From the IMG/VR virus record IMGVR_UViG_3300032297_000671, positions 1 through 53,301 of that record: a stretch of 53,301 bases of DNA. One strand, written 5' to 3'. The DNA comes from a virus (taxonomy: Duplodnaviria; Caudoviricetes). Each line of letters opens with the position of its first letter. Position 1 is the first letter of the stretch. The translations under genes and the position numbers were made by a program. The notes below the pieces were generated by a model. The model was not told the DNA's origin. It worked only from the letters and a program-made list of their open reading frames with translations, and ran no database searches. Positions 8,874 through 18,275 of the stretch are shown one piece after another.

Positions 8874-10478
8874 ATGGCCGGATTTCTAGATAACGTAGCG
8901 GAAAGAACATTCTTAGGTAACCTGTACAAAAACCTATCCAGAATAGGTAAGTTTGGTATGGAGTACCAAGATATGGTTATTAAAAATTCACAGGCAATTG
9001 GTTCGACAGAATCTAATTTTTTTAATGAGCAAGGGAGCGGATTTACTGAGAATGATGCTTTTAGATGGACTCTTGGATATCAAGATACCCAAATTAGAAA
9101 ATACATTGCTTATTTTGATAAGGATTATGTAGGTAAGAGGGATTTTCTTCGAAAATTTTCCTTGAATGGTGAGATTGATTTTATTCTTGATACAATTACC
9201 GATGATTCTGTAAATTACGATGATAAGAATTTCTTTTCTTATCCATCACTAGCAAACATAGATCTTAAGAATAATGTTGTAGATAAGTTGGACGAAACGT
9301 ACAGGAATCTCTATATGCTTTTCGGTTTCCAGCAGAGTATTCTTGCCTGGCAATATTTTAGACAATTCCTGATAGACGGTTTTCTTGCATTTGAGATTGT
9401 ATATTCTACCGATGGTAAAAAAATTGTAGGTTTTAAAGAGCTCGATGCTACTTCACTTCAGCCAGCAACAGAAAAACAACCTAACGGTGAATTCCAGCAA
9501 ATTTGGATTCAATACCCGAATGATAATAAGATGACCAGAAGGTTAAAAGCTGAACAGATTATTTATATTTCTTATGCTAAGGGTAACACAGTCTCTAGAG
9601 TTAGCTATGTAGAAAGATTAATAAGATCATACAATATCCTACGTATAATGGAAAATACTAGGGTTATTTGGAATGTTATGAATGCCTCTTATCGTTTGAA
9701 ATTTGTCATCCCTGTTGGTAGTCAATCACAGCAGAAAGCAATGCAAACCCTTGGGCAGTTAATGTCTATCTACAAGGAGGAAATAGATCTGAATGATTTT
9801 TCCGGAGAATTAACAGTAAACGGTAGACCAAAGGTTCAATTTTATAAGAATTATTTGTTTCCTGAGAAAGATGGACAATCTCCAGATATTTCGACCCTGG
9901 ATCCTAATGGTCCGGATTTTAATGTGATGGAGAACGTTGTTTATTTCTATAATAAACTTAAACTAGATTCAAAAATACCTTATGCTAGATTTGCTTTTAG
10001 AGGGGGTACACCAGCAAATTATCAGATAGCCATAGATCAGCTTGAAAGGGATGAAATAAGATATGAGAAATTCTTAACTAGACTTAGATCAATCTTCCAA
10101 GAAATACTCGTTAAACCTCTTTATATTCAGATGTGTTTGGATTTTCCTGAATTATCAAAGGATAGATCATTTAAGGCTAATTTAGGTCTGGATTTTGTAA
10201 GAGAGAATTTGTTTGAAGAATTAATACAGCTTCAGAATTATACCAAGAGAAGCGATTTTATTACTGCTCTTGGAGGAATGAACCAGAAAATAGGAGAAGC
10301 TGAAACCCCTTACTTTGATAAAGAATTTCTAATAAAAAGATTCCTTGGTATTACTATGGATGAGTTTAGGAAGAATGAAAAGTATAAGGAAAACGAAGCT
10401 AAGGAAGCTAAAAAGGCTGAAAAAGAAGGTGGTGCTACTGAAGAAGGTGGCGGTGGTGGAGAAAGCTTTACTCTTTAA
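8874..10478 (+). CDS. gp20: portal protein, paralog B (T4 gp20-like)
   Basis: Colinear with paralog A throughout: YFDKDY.GKRD.LRKFSLN, FRQFLIDG, YISYAKGNTVSRVSY.ERLIR, SKIPYAR and DEIRYEKF..RLR. Confidence 0.88.
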   Translation: MAGFLDNVAERTFLGNLYKNLSRIGKFGMEYQDMVIKNSQAIGSTESNFFNEQGSGFTENDAFRWTLGYQDTQIRKYIAYFDKDYVGKRDFLRKFSLNGEIDFILDTITDDSVNYDDKNFFSYPSLANIDLKNNVVDKLDETYRNLYMLFGFQQSILAWQYFRQFLIDGFLAFEIVYSTDGKKIVGFKELDATSLQPATEKQPNGEFQQIWIQYPNDNKMTRRLKAEQIIYISYAKGNTVSRVSYVERLIRSYNILRIMENTRVIWNVMNASYRLKFVIPVGSQSQQKAMQTLGQLMSIYKEEIDLNDFSGELTVNGRPKVQFYKNYLFPEKDGQSPDISTLDPNGPDFNVMENVVYFYNKLKLDSKIPYARFAFRGGTPANYQIAIDQLERDEIRYEKFLTRLRSIFQEILVKPLYIQMCLDFPELSKDRSFKANLGLDFVRENLFEELIQLQNYTKRSDFITALGGMNQKIGEAETPYFDKEFLIKRFLGITMDEFRKNEKYKENEAKEAKKAEKEGGATEEGGGGGESFTL

Positions 10479-10490
10479 AACTAATATTCT

Positions 10491-11453
10491 TTGGATCTAG
10501 CCAATCTTATTTCAAAGAAAAGAATTCTCGTAGTAGGAGATTCTATACTCGACGAATACATTTACGGGAAAGTATACAGGATATCACCAGAAGCTCCAGT
10601 TCCTGTTGTGCTGAAATCTAATAGATCTTATTGTTTAGGTGGTGCCTCAAATGTAGCACAGAATATTATCTCTATGGGAGCTAGTTGTGATCTAATATCG
10701 ATTATAGGAAAAGATCATGCTGGTGATAAATTGTCATCCCTTTGTAAAGATATCGGAATAAATCTAATAGGATTAGATGACGGAAGATCAACTACTGTTA
10801 AATCTAGGGTTATTGGAAATGGCCATCAGATAGTAAGAATCGATGAGGAATCAACTTTTCCTATATCAGAGCATATTGAAAATTGTTTAATTGAGCTTGT
10901 GAATTCTGCTTCACATCTTGTAGATGGAGTTATCATACAGGATTACGGAAAGGGGTTGGTAACAAAAAGAGTTGTTGATCATATCAACTCGTTATTTTCT
11001 AAAAAATTAGTACCAGTTCTAGTCGATCCTAAGGATAATGATATTTCAAAATATTCGGGATCACACATAATAAAGCCAAATCTTTCTGAATTCAAGAATT
11101 TTTTAGGCGTAGATCAAAATATCAAGTTATCTGGGAATGATATAAAAAATAGAGCCATGGATCTAATGCTCAATAACAGCGTAGGATCGCTTTTAATAAC
11201 ACTTTCAGAAAAAGGTATGGTTTATGTTAAAGATGATCTTTTTGTTACCGACAGGGGTGTAAAAATCGATATAACTGATGTTTCTGGTGCGGGTGATACT
11301 GTTAGTGCAGTCTTTATGCTATTTTACCTTGCAGGAATGCCTATCAGTGATTGCTTAAGAGCCTCAAATCTAGCTGGATCACAAGTTTGTAAGATTTCCG
11401 GGGCAGTTCCAGTTAATCTAAATTTGCTTATAGCAGACTTTAATGCCGGATAA
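10491..11453 (+). CDS. rfaE: PfkB-family kinase, D-glycero-D-manno-heptose-7-phosphate kinase (RfaE/HldE domain I-like)
   Basis: Motifs VVGD.ILDEY..G...RISPEAPVPV, GGASNVA.N, DYGKG, VDPK, KPN..E and DVSGAGDT. Confidence 0.88.
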   Translation: MDLANLISKKRILVVGDSILDEYIYGKVYRISPEAPVPVVLKSNRSYCLGGASNVAQNIISMGASCDLISIIGKDHAGDKLSSLCKDIGINLIGLDDGRSTTVKSRVIGNGHQIVRIDEESTFPISEHIENCLIELVNSASHLVDGVIIQDYGKGLVTKRVVDHINSLFSKKLVPVLVDPKDNDISKYSGSHIIKPNLSEFKNFLGVDQNIKLSGNDIKNRAMDLMLNNSVGSLLITLSEKGMVYVKDDLFVTDRGVKIDITDVSGAGDTVSAVFMLFYLAGMPISDCLRASNLAGSQVCKISGAVPVNLNLLIADFNAG

Positions 11454-11501
11454 TTTTTTTATTAACGAAAATACTTTTTAATATTACGAAAAATAATAGA
11501 T

Positions 11502-12848
11502 ATGACGAAAGAACTTTGGGTATTAGCTGAAATTGAACTTCTGACTGGAAACGGCTCACAAAAGGAGAAGCAGAGAATGATTTCGGAGAATCTTAGCGAT
11601 GAGATGCTTTATATTTTGGATGTTTGTTTTAATCCATTTGTAACTACTAAATTACATAAACTTGAGATTGAGAAATCTAGAGGTATATTGCCTCCTTCTG
11701 AATTTCCTGGATTTTCTGTTTTTAAGTCTCTTGTGGAGGATTTAAAAAAAGCACCAGCTGCAAACGATGTTTTAAGACAGAGAGCAAATACTTTAATTAA
11801 CACCAGGATTTCATCCGACCCTAAGGAGGATTTAATTTTAAGGGATATTCTGATGAAGATCCTGACCAAGAGAATGAATATTGGGATTGGTGCAAAGCTA
11901 ATCAATAAAGCAGTTGGAAGAGAATTAATACCTGATCCTTCACTAATGTTAGCTTCAGATGACCAGAAAGAAGTTCCAAATTGGGGTAAAATATACTGTG
12001 AGGAAAAGTATGACGGTGTTCGTGTAATAGCGGTCGGGAATCGAGAAAATGGATTTCGTTTTTACACAAGAGCTTTTAATGAATTAGACAAAACTAAGCT
12101 TTCTAGAATAGAATTATCATTGTGTAATCTTTTGGATAAAGCAAATACTCCAGGTGAGGTATTTTTCGACGGGGAGCTTACTGACATAAATAGAAAATCA
12201 GTATCAGGTAAGGTAACCCAAATATTAAAAGGAACCGCATCAAACGACATTGATAAAGATTTCCTCTTCAATGTGTTTGATGTTGAAAAAGCTGAAGTGC
12301 TTAAAACAGGAAAGGGTACAACACCTTTTATAAAAAGGAGAGAGAAGTTAGAATTCTTGCTTGGGTTTCTCGAGTCTGGTTCTCCTGTAACTTTAGCACG
12401 TCAATGGGTAGTAGATTCTATTGAGGAAACTCAGAAAATATACGGATTGATAGTTTCGATGGGAGGAGAAGGGGTTATTTTAAAACCAGAAGACCATATC
12501 TATGAATGTAAAAGGAGTAAGAATTGGGTTAAGCTTAAACAAATTCAAGACTGTGATCTAGAAATTGTTGGCTGGTATCCAGGTGAAGGTAAAAGGGAAG
12601 GATTTATTGGTGGATTTATATGCACGGATCTTAGCAAAACCCTGAATGTTAAGGTTGGATCCGGATTTACAGATTCAGATCTACAATCGCTTAGCATCGA
12701 CCCGGATTCTTTGATAGGAAAGATCGCAGCAGTTCAATATAACGAGCCGATCACGGATAAACATGGTAATAGAAGCCTATTTCTTCCCCGATTTATCGAA
12801 TTGAGAAATGATAAGGATCTACCTGATGATATGTCTAAATCATTTTAA
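11502..12848 (+). CDS. lig: ATP-dependent DNA ligase
   Basis: Motif I EEKYDGVR, then FDGE, EGVILK, WVKLK and a C-terminal OB fold (KVGSGF, LFLPRF..LR.DK). Confidence 0.93.
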   Translation: MTKELWVLAEIELLTGNGSQKEKQRMISENLSDEMLYILDVCFNPFVTTKLHKLEIEKSRGILPPSEFPGFSVFKSLVEDLKKAPAANDVLRQRANTLINTRISSDPKEDLILRDILMKILTKRMNIGIGAKLINKAVGRELIPDPSLMLASDDQKEVPNWGKIYCEEKYDGVRVIAVGNRENGFRFYTRAFNELDKTKLSRIELSLCNLLDKANTPGEVFFDGELTDINRKSVSGKVTQILKGTASNDIDKDFLFNVFDVEKAEVLKTGKGTTPFIKRREKLEFLLGFLESGSPVTLARQWVVDSIEETQKIYGLIVSMGGEGVILKPEDHIYECKRSKNWVKLKQIQDCDLEIVGWYPGEGKREGFIGGFICTDLSKTLNVKVGSGFTDSDLQSLSIDPDSLIGKIAAVQYNEPITDKHGNRSLFLPRFIELRNDKDLPDDMSKSF

Positions 12849-12852
12849 ATGG

Positions 12853-12883
12853 GAAACTTCATGATTATTGTTCTCTAAAAAGA
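12853..12883 (+). promoter_or_regulatory. putative ECF-like promoter GAAAC-N17-CTAAAA
   Basis: Intergenic, upstream of the clamp loader, with the conserved 17-nt spacer. Confidence 0.55.
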
Positions 12884-12898
12884 TAAAGAGCATATATT

Positions 12899-13846
12899 AT
12901 GATTGATCAACTTCTAACTGAGAAGCTTCGCCCGAAAGAAATAAGGCACATGATTTTACCGAATAGAATTAGGGCTCTATTCGAAGATAAAGGACTAAAC
13001 CACAATGTACTTTTAGCTGGATCTCCTGGGTGTGGTAAAACCACATTAGCGAAGATCCTATCAAAAGGAATGCCCCACATATTTATAAACGTGTCTGATG
13101 AAAGTTCTGTAGAGACAATCCGTACTAAGATTAATGACTTCTGCTCAACTATTAGCATAATGGACGGTAAATCTTCTAAAAAGGTGGTCGTCCTGGATGA
13201 GTTCGATGGTGCATCGGATCAGTTTTATAAAGCACTCAGAGGAACTATTGAAAAATTTGCTGCAAATACAAGATTTGTAGCTACTTGTAACTGGCTTAAT
13301 AAAGTTCCGGAAGCAATTCAAAGTAGATTTGAGGTTATTAATTTCGATCCAGTAAATCAGGAAGAAGAGGATCAATTAAAAAACGAGTGGAAAGATCGGA
13401 TAAGATTGATACTAGGTAAACTTGGAATTTCCATAGACGATGAATCACTTAATGAATTTGAGAAGGAGTATTTCCCAGATTTGAGATCTTCTCTTAATAG
13501 AATACAATCATGGGTTATAGAGGGAACTAAAAGTATAGATGTTTCCAGAATAAAAGACTCTGCTTGGTCTTACGAAGAACTTTATAATCTGATTTTTGAT
13601 TCTAAGGATCCTGCTAAAAATTATCAAATTATAGTTGGTCAGTATTCATCCAAAGTAGATGATGTAATGGTAGCTATGGGAGAGGAATTTATTAATTGGG
13701 TTATCAAGAACAAATCAACATATGCTAAGATTATACCAGCGGTAGCTGTTTTGGTTGCTCAGCATCAGGCCCAGAGACAGGTTGTCATCGATCCGGTGGT
13801 AAGCTTGCTCTCCCTGATTTTCAGCATCCAGAAACTAATCGATTAG
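12899..13846 (+). CDS. gp44: clamp loader AAA+ subunit (T4 gp44/RFC-like)
   Basis: EKLRP, Walker A GSPGCGKTT, Walker B VVVLDEFD, SRF sensor and YFPDLR. Confidence 0.92.
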   Translation: MIDQLLTEKLRPKEIRHMILPNRIRALFEDKGLNHNVLLAGSPGCGKTTLAKILSKGMPHIFINVSDESSVETIRTKINDFCSTISIMDGKSSKKVVVLDEFDGASDQFYKALRGTIEKFAANTRFVATCNWLNKVPEAIQSRFEVINFDPVNQEEEDQLKNEWKDRIRLILGKLGISIDDESLNEFEKEYFPDLRSSLNRIQSWVIEGTKSIDVSRIKDSAWSYEELYNLIFDSKDPAKNYQIIVGQYSSKVDDVMVAMGEEFINWVIKNKSTYAKIIPAVAVLVAQHQAQRQVVIDPVVSLLSLIFSIQKLID

Positions 13847-13847
13847 C

Positions 13848-14192
13848 ATGAATAAGAATTTTATAGTTTTTTTGATTATAATAGCATTGTCCCAAGCTGG
13901 ATCGTGGATTCAGCAATTTGCTTTTATAAAATGGGACTGGTTTAAAAATAACATGATACTCTCTACTGTAATATTCGGTAGTTTGATATCTATTGGGTTC
14001 GTAATGGGAGCTAGAGTTGGATATGATATATGGGGAAATACTTGGAGTATTAGGTTAGTTCAGTTTTCAATTGGTATATTTGTTCTTACATTATGTTCTT
14101 GGTTATTTTTAGGTGAATCTATAGACTTGAAGAATGGAATATCACTTTCGCTTGCTTTTGCTATAGTTCTGTTACAGGTATTTTGGAAATGA
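13848..14192 (+). CDS. small 4-TM membrane protein (SMR/DMT-like size and topology)
   Basis: 114 aa with four hydrophobic helices and a WLFLGE motif before the last helix. Confidence 0.6.
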   Translation: MNKNFIVFLIIIALSQAGSWIQQFAFIKWDWFKNNMILSTVIFGSLISIGFVMGARVGYDIWGNTWSIRLVQFSIGIFVLTLCSWLFLGESIDLKNGISLSLAFAIVLLQVFWK

Positions 14193-14713
14193 TGAAAAGA
14201 ATAATTATAGTAGGTAAAGGTGGATCAGGTAAGGATCACCTTAGAAAAGAATTAGAAAAGTTAGGATTTAGATATTGTATCTCACATACAACACGTCCTC
14301 CTAGAGATGGTGAAATTAATGGTGTTGATTATCACTTTATATCTAGAGAATCAGCTGCATTTGAATTTGCTGCAAAGGGTAAATTCTACGAATATGTCAT
14401 ATTCAATGAATGGCTATACGGAACATCAGTTGAAGAATTCGAAAAAAGCAATCTCTTTATAATGACACCTTCGGGTCTTTCTAAAATGAAAGAATCAGAT
14501 AGAAAAGAATCGATTGTGATCTACCTTGATATAGATGAGAATGTGAGGAGGGATAGAATTTCTAAAAGAAATGATGCTGATAAAATAGAGAGAAGACTGG
14601 AGGCAGACAAGAATGATTTCTTGTCATTCACTGACTTTGATTATGTTATAACGGATCCTTTTTTCTCAGTAGGCGATCCGATTTTTGATTTAAATAGATA
14701 CACTCATGATTAA
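14189..14713 (+). CDS. gmk: guanylate kinase-like protein
   Basis: P-loop GKGGSGKD, SHTTRPPRDGEINGVDYHF and YGT. The ATGA overlap supports the start at 14189. Confidence 0.85.
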   Translation: MMKRIIIVGKGGSGKDHLRKELEKLGFRYCISHTTRPPRDGEINGVDYHFISRESAAFEFAAKGKFYEYVIFNEWLYGTSVEEFEKSNLFIMTPSGLSKMKESDRKESIVIYLDIDENVRRDRISKRNDADKIERRLEADKNDFLSFTDFDYVITDPFFSVGDPIFDLNRYTHD

Positions 14714-15839
14714 CGTTTTAATAGACGGAAACTATATTTTCCACAAAACTTTTGGTGTTTTTGGTGGATATGGATCTAAAGATCCTGGAGAGATCCTAAA
14801 AACTGCGGGAGAGCAGTCAATGTTTATAAGAAAAATAACTACAGATCTTTGCTCTGCTTTAAGGTCTCTTCCTATTGGAGGAAGATTAATTTTTACTGTT
14901 GATAGCAGAAGTTGGAGGAAGGATGTTGAAATTGAAGGTGGAGGATATAAATCAAATAGGGTTAAAGACGAGAATGTTGATTGGAGCGTATTTTTCGATT
15001 TATTGCAAGCTTACGGTGAGCATTTAGAAAACATGGGATTTGTGTTTTCTAAAGTTGATGGTGCAGAGGGTGATGATCTTCTTTATTTTTGGTCAGATTA
15101 TTTCAATACGAAGGGAGAGGATTGTATAATAATATCTGGTGATAAAGACATGTACCAGCTTGCTAGATGGAAGGGACCAAATTGGACTGTTGTTTGGAAT
15201 AGTAATTCTAAGAATAATATTCTTTCTGTTCCTCAATCTTGGGAATCTGATTGGTTGAACAAATCGGGGGAGGCAACTATTTTTAACATATCAGAATCGA
15301 TGGATCCTGACAAGGATAGATTTAAAGATTTCGTTAAAAAGATAGACGTCCAGGAAATAAATCCAAGGGATTTTGTTTTTGTTAAGATGTTGATAGGTGA
15401 TAAAGGAGATGCCGTTCCCGGTATTTGGGAAATGAAGGTCGGGGAAAAAACAAATAATTTAACTCCAAAAAAAGCTGAAAATATCCTTGCATCTCTACAA
15501 GAATCTAAATGGAAAGATTCAGAATTCAAAGATTTGATATCTGATTCTGAATTTTTAGATTGGATATCAGGAATGACCCTTAGAATAATGAAGGATGTTG
15601 ATAGCCAAGAAAACAGAGAGAAGGTTTCTTCCAATCTGCTGAGAAATTATAAGTTAATGTGGCTTGATAAGTATGTCATACCAAGGGAAGTTATAGAAAA
15701 GACTATATTGGAATTAAAAAGAGGAATATCTTTGCCTAGAAAATCTATAACACTTGATAGAGTAAAAATCCTTGACGGAACTAACTGGATTGTAACTCAG
15801 TCAGCACCTAAAAGCTTTGACCCATTTAACAACTTCTGA
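14706..15839 (+). CDS. rnh: 5'-3' exonuclease / T4 RNase H (FEN-like)
   Basis: Motifs LIDGN, D..SWRK, YK.NR, EGDD, ISGDKD..QL and GDKGD.VP. Confidence 0.88.
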   Translation: MINVLIDGNYIFHKTFGVFGGYGSKDPGEILKTAGEQSMFIRKITTDLCSALRSLPIGGRLIFTVDSRSWRKDVEIEGGGYKSNRVKDENVDWSVFFDLLQAYGEHLENMGFVFSKVDGAEGDDLLYFWSDYFNTKGEDCIIISGDKDMYQLARWKGPNWTVVWNSNSKNNILSVPQSWESDWLNKSGEATIFNISESMDPDKDRFKDFVKKIDVQEINPRDFVFVKMLIGDKGDAVPGIWEMKVGEKTNNLTPKKAENILASLQESKWKDSEFKDLISDSEFLDWISGMTLRIMKDVDSQENREKVSSNLLRNYKLMWLDKYVIPREVIEKTILELKRGISLPRKSITLDRVKILDGTNWIVTQSAPKSFDPFNNF

Positions 15840-16264
15840 TGGAATTATTTGATATAGTAAAATCGATATTTAAAAACGATAAAGAATGGAGCGTTGTAAG
15901 TCGTAACGACAAGGTTAAGAACTTCTTTATGATCAATAGGATTATGTCTATAGAATTTCCTATACAGGCTAATCAATTCAATCATACTAAGATATCTCCT
16001 AGGCCTGTTGTTGACTGGTGGCATGGAACTTTATCCAAGCATTATACAAGACCTCCTAAATGGATCTTTACTAAAACAAAAAAGAGTGAAGTCAAAGAAA
16101 GTAAAGTTTCTGATCCCCAAATAGACGATGATACTGAAAAATTTATTATGAACAAATTTGAGGTATCTAAAAGAGAATTAGCTGAATTGAAAAAATTCTA
16201 TCCTGAGAAATACAAGGAATGGGCTAGATCTATACAGGATCAATTGAAATCAATTTCTAAATGA
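15839..16264 (+). CDS. putative clamp loader small subunit (gp62-like)
   Basis: FFMINRIMS, ANQFN, KW and FIMNKFEVSKRE resemble the short gp62 of T4-like phages (PF.INR.LS, ANEMN, W.K, Y..S..KA). Confidence 0.45.
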   Translation: MELFDIVKSIFKNDKEWSVVSRNDKVKNFFMINRIMSIEFPIQANQFNHTKISPRPVVDWWHGTLSKHYTRPPKWIFTKTKKSEVKESKVSDPQIDDDTEKFIMNKFEVSKRELAELKKFYPEKYKEWARSIQDQLKSISK

Positions 16265-16267
16265 TCC

Positions 16268-16275
16268 GATATATA
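16268..16275 (+). promoter_or_regulatory. putative late promoter GATATATA
   Basis: Intergenic copy of the recurrent motif. Confidence 0.65.
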
Positions 16276-16288
16276 AAATAATTATCTG

Positions 16289-16837
16289 ATGTATATGAGA
16301 AAGGATTTTCAAAAATTAGTAGAAAAAGTGGTTCAGAGCTTAGATTGGGATACGATCTTTGAAGTCCATAAGGTTTTTCATTTTGGTGTTGGAGAAGGAA
16401 GCGAGGTAATACCTGGACTAAAGAGAAAAGTATTCAGCGACAATTTAACAAAGAATGACGTAAAGAATGAGTTAAAGTTCTTGCTTAGATTCGTTGTAAA
16501 TAATGATATACATAGATTTAGCTACGGGCAATGGATGATAATATGGTTTAATCAGGATTGGGAAATGCCTAACGAAGATGAAGAATTAGACGAGGAGTTC
16601 GAAGATGATATAGAAGAATTTATTCCTGAATCTAGACTTGAGGTATTTTATGCTCCCCAAAGGATTGCTTTAACCTTGAGAGCAGCACCTATAGTAATAT
16701 CCCCAGCCGAAGAAATAGAGAATGCAACTCTCAAACAAATGCTAGACAGTGCTTTATCTAAGGAGGACTACGAATTAGCAAGAAAAGTTCAAGATCTTAT
16801 AGATCACACAAAAACTGATATCAAAACGGATAAATAG
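16289..16837 (+). CDS. hypothetical protein with acidic linker and C-terminal UVR (UvrB/C) motif
   Basis: LKQMLDSALSKEDYELARKVQDLI matches the UVR pattern L...M..A...EDYE.A....D.I. Confidence 0.65.
   Translation: MYMRKDFQKLVEKVVQSLDWDTIFEVHKVFHFGVGEGSEVIPGLKRKVFSDNLTKNDVKNELKFLLRFVVNNDIHRFSYGQWMIIWFNQDWEMPNEDEELDEEFEDDIEEFIPESRLEVFYAPQRIALTLRAAPIVISPAEEIENATLKQMLDSALSKEDYELARKVQDLIDHTKTDIKTDK
16829..16836 (+). promoter_or_regulatory. putative late promoter variant GATAAATA
   Basis: 19 nt before TTG 16856, followed by an A-rich leader. Confidence 0.55.
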
Positions 16838-16855
16838 AGAAAATAAAAATCTATT

Positions 16856-17338
16856 TTGCGTCACATAAAATCTATAAATGAATTCTTCGACGTTGGTGTA
16901 TTTGGAGACACCTACGGATACGGTGGTGCAAATGGTGTTTTTAAAGTACAATATAAGCCTTATAAGGATCTTTCTGTTACTGTAGGTCCTGATCCTAATG
17001 TTGCAAGAACTATTCCAGGTGCAGAATTTCAGATCGGAGATACCGTTATCGGTTTACCTATAAACTCAAAAAAGAAAGTAGCTGGAATGATCGTGAAGGT
17101 CGATAAGGCTCCCGATGGTAAATCGTATAGATACTTTGCTCAGGTCTCTTCGAAAGGAAAGAAGAAGGAAGATGTGCTAGAGCTGGTTCCTAGTACAGTT
17201 GTTTTTGCCGATTCTGGAGACAAAGGACATAAGGAAATAATTTCTAAGTTTAAATTTAATAATCTCCCTTCCGAGGTATACAATTCACCTACTGTTTACA
17301 ATAACACCTCTCTTGGTATAGAGGCAATGGGTAGTTAA
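16856..17338 (+). CDS. putative internal head protein with SH3/KOW-like region
   Basis: N-terminus MRHIKSINEFF is capsid-targeting-like; the protein also has FQIGDTVIG...GMIVKV. Confidence 0.55.
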   Translation: MRHIKSINEFFDVGVFGDTYGYGGANGVFKVQYKPYKDLSVTVGPDPNVARTIPGAEFQIGDTVIGLPINSKKKVAGMIVKVDKAPDGKSYRYFAQVSSKGKKKEDVLELVPSTVVFADSGDKGHKEIISKFKFNNLPSEVYNSPTVYNNTSLGIEAMGS

Positions 17339-17369
17339 GAAACTTTAATCTTTTTTTACTGTAAAAGAA
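17339..17369 (+). promoter_or_regulatory. putative ECF-like promoter GAAAC-N17-GTAAAAG
   Basis: Intergenic, with the conserved spacing. Confidence 0.65.
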
Positions 17370-17372
17370 CTG

Positions 17373-18251
17373 ATGATCTTAAGTAAGAACACAGGTAATC
17401 TTGGTTGCGTAAATAAAAATTTTGGCAGGTCTATAACTTCCTGTTATGATTTCGTGCAGATGGTTTTGAATGAATCTATTGACGCTAATTCTAAATCAAT
17501 AAAATTGTCTTGTTTTGAGATTGGACAGGATTTTAATTTTCCTGACTTTTCTTCCATCGAGGAAGAAGATAAAGTGATGGATCTGATATGGGATCTTTCT
17601 AATTTAATTAGAACTAATTCACATAGGATATTTTTCTTTCTCCCTGGATATTATTTTTTGGGAAGTCAAATGCCAGATGTTGTTGAAAAAACTAGGGAAA
17701 CTGTTCTATCAATTTCTGTTTTTCTTGAAATGATAGGAGTTAGATCAACGTCGATTATATTAAGAGTTGGATCTGCTTATGGTGCTAGAAAAGCAACAAT
17801 GGAAAGATTTAACTCTGAGATTAATTCATTTTTACCTGGAGTTAAAAAATTAATCGCGGTTACGAACGACGAAAAACCTAGTCTTTTTTCGGTAACAGAT
17901 CTTTTGTCCGGTGTTTATTATCAAACCAAAATTCCTATATGTTTTAGATTCCTAGCTCATACCTTCAATAACGGTGGGCTTACATATAAGGAAGCACTAT
18001 TTCTTTCCTGCTCAACGTGGAAAGAAGGTGAAGTTCCAATTTTCATATATTCTGAATCTGACGAAATAGATGAGTTCGGGGCTTTTGTATCGCCAAAGAC
18101 AGCATTAAAGCTAAATCATAGAATCCCAACATTCGGCCTAGAGACAGACGTAATTATAGACTCTGAAAGATCTAAAGAAACCTGTATTAAGTATATGACT
18201 GAAAGAAGCTCATTGAGACCTATAGTCATCAACAAAATGTCTAAGAAATAA
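17373..18251 (+). CDS. uvsE: UV-damage endonuclease (UvsE/UvdE)-like protein, apparently lacking metal ligands
   Basis: VG.AYG.RK.TM.RF, NDEKPSLFSV.DL, IPI.F and TW....P...YSES are recognisable, but the expected His/Asp/Glu ligands are substituted. Confidence 0.7.
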   Translation: MILSKNTGNLGCVNKNFGRSITSCYDFVQMVLNESIDANSKSIKLSCFEIGQDFNFPDFSSIEEEDKVMDLIWDLSNLIRTNSHRIFFFLPGYYFLGSQMPDVVEKTRETVLSISVFLEMIGVRSTSIILRVGSAYGARKATMERFNSEINSFLPGVKKLIAVTNDEKPSLFSVTDLLSGVYYQTKIPICFRFLAHTFNNGGLTYKEALFLSCSTWKEGEVPIFIYSESDEIDEFGAFVSPKTALKLNHRIPTFGLETDVIIDSERSKETCIKYMTERSSLRPIVINKMSKK

Positions 18252-18275
18252 TTTTTTTATAGCGTTCTTTTTGGG

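Noticed and set aside
7234-10478. Portal duplication as an assembly artefact or split gene
   Set aside because: Both copies are full length and diverged in DNA and protein, so they are neither identical copies nor two halves.
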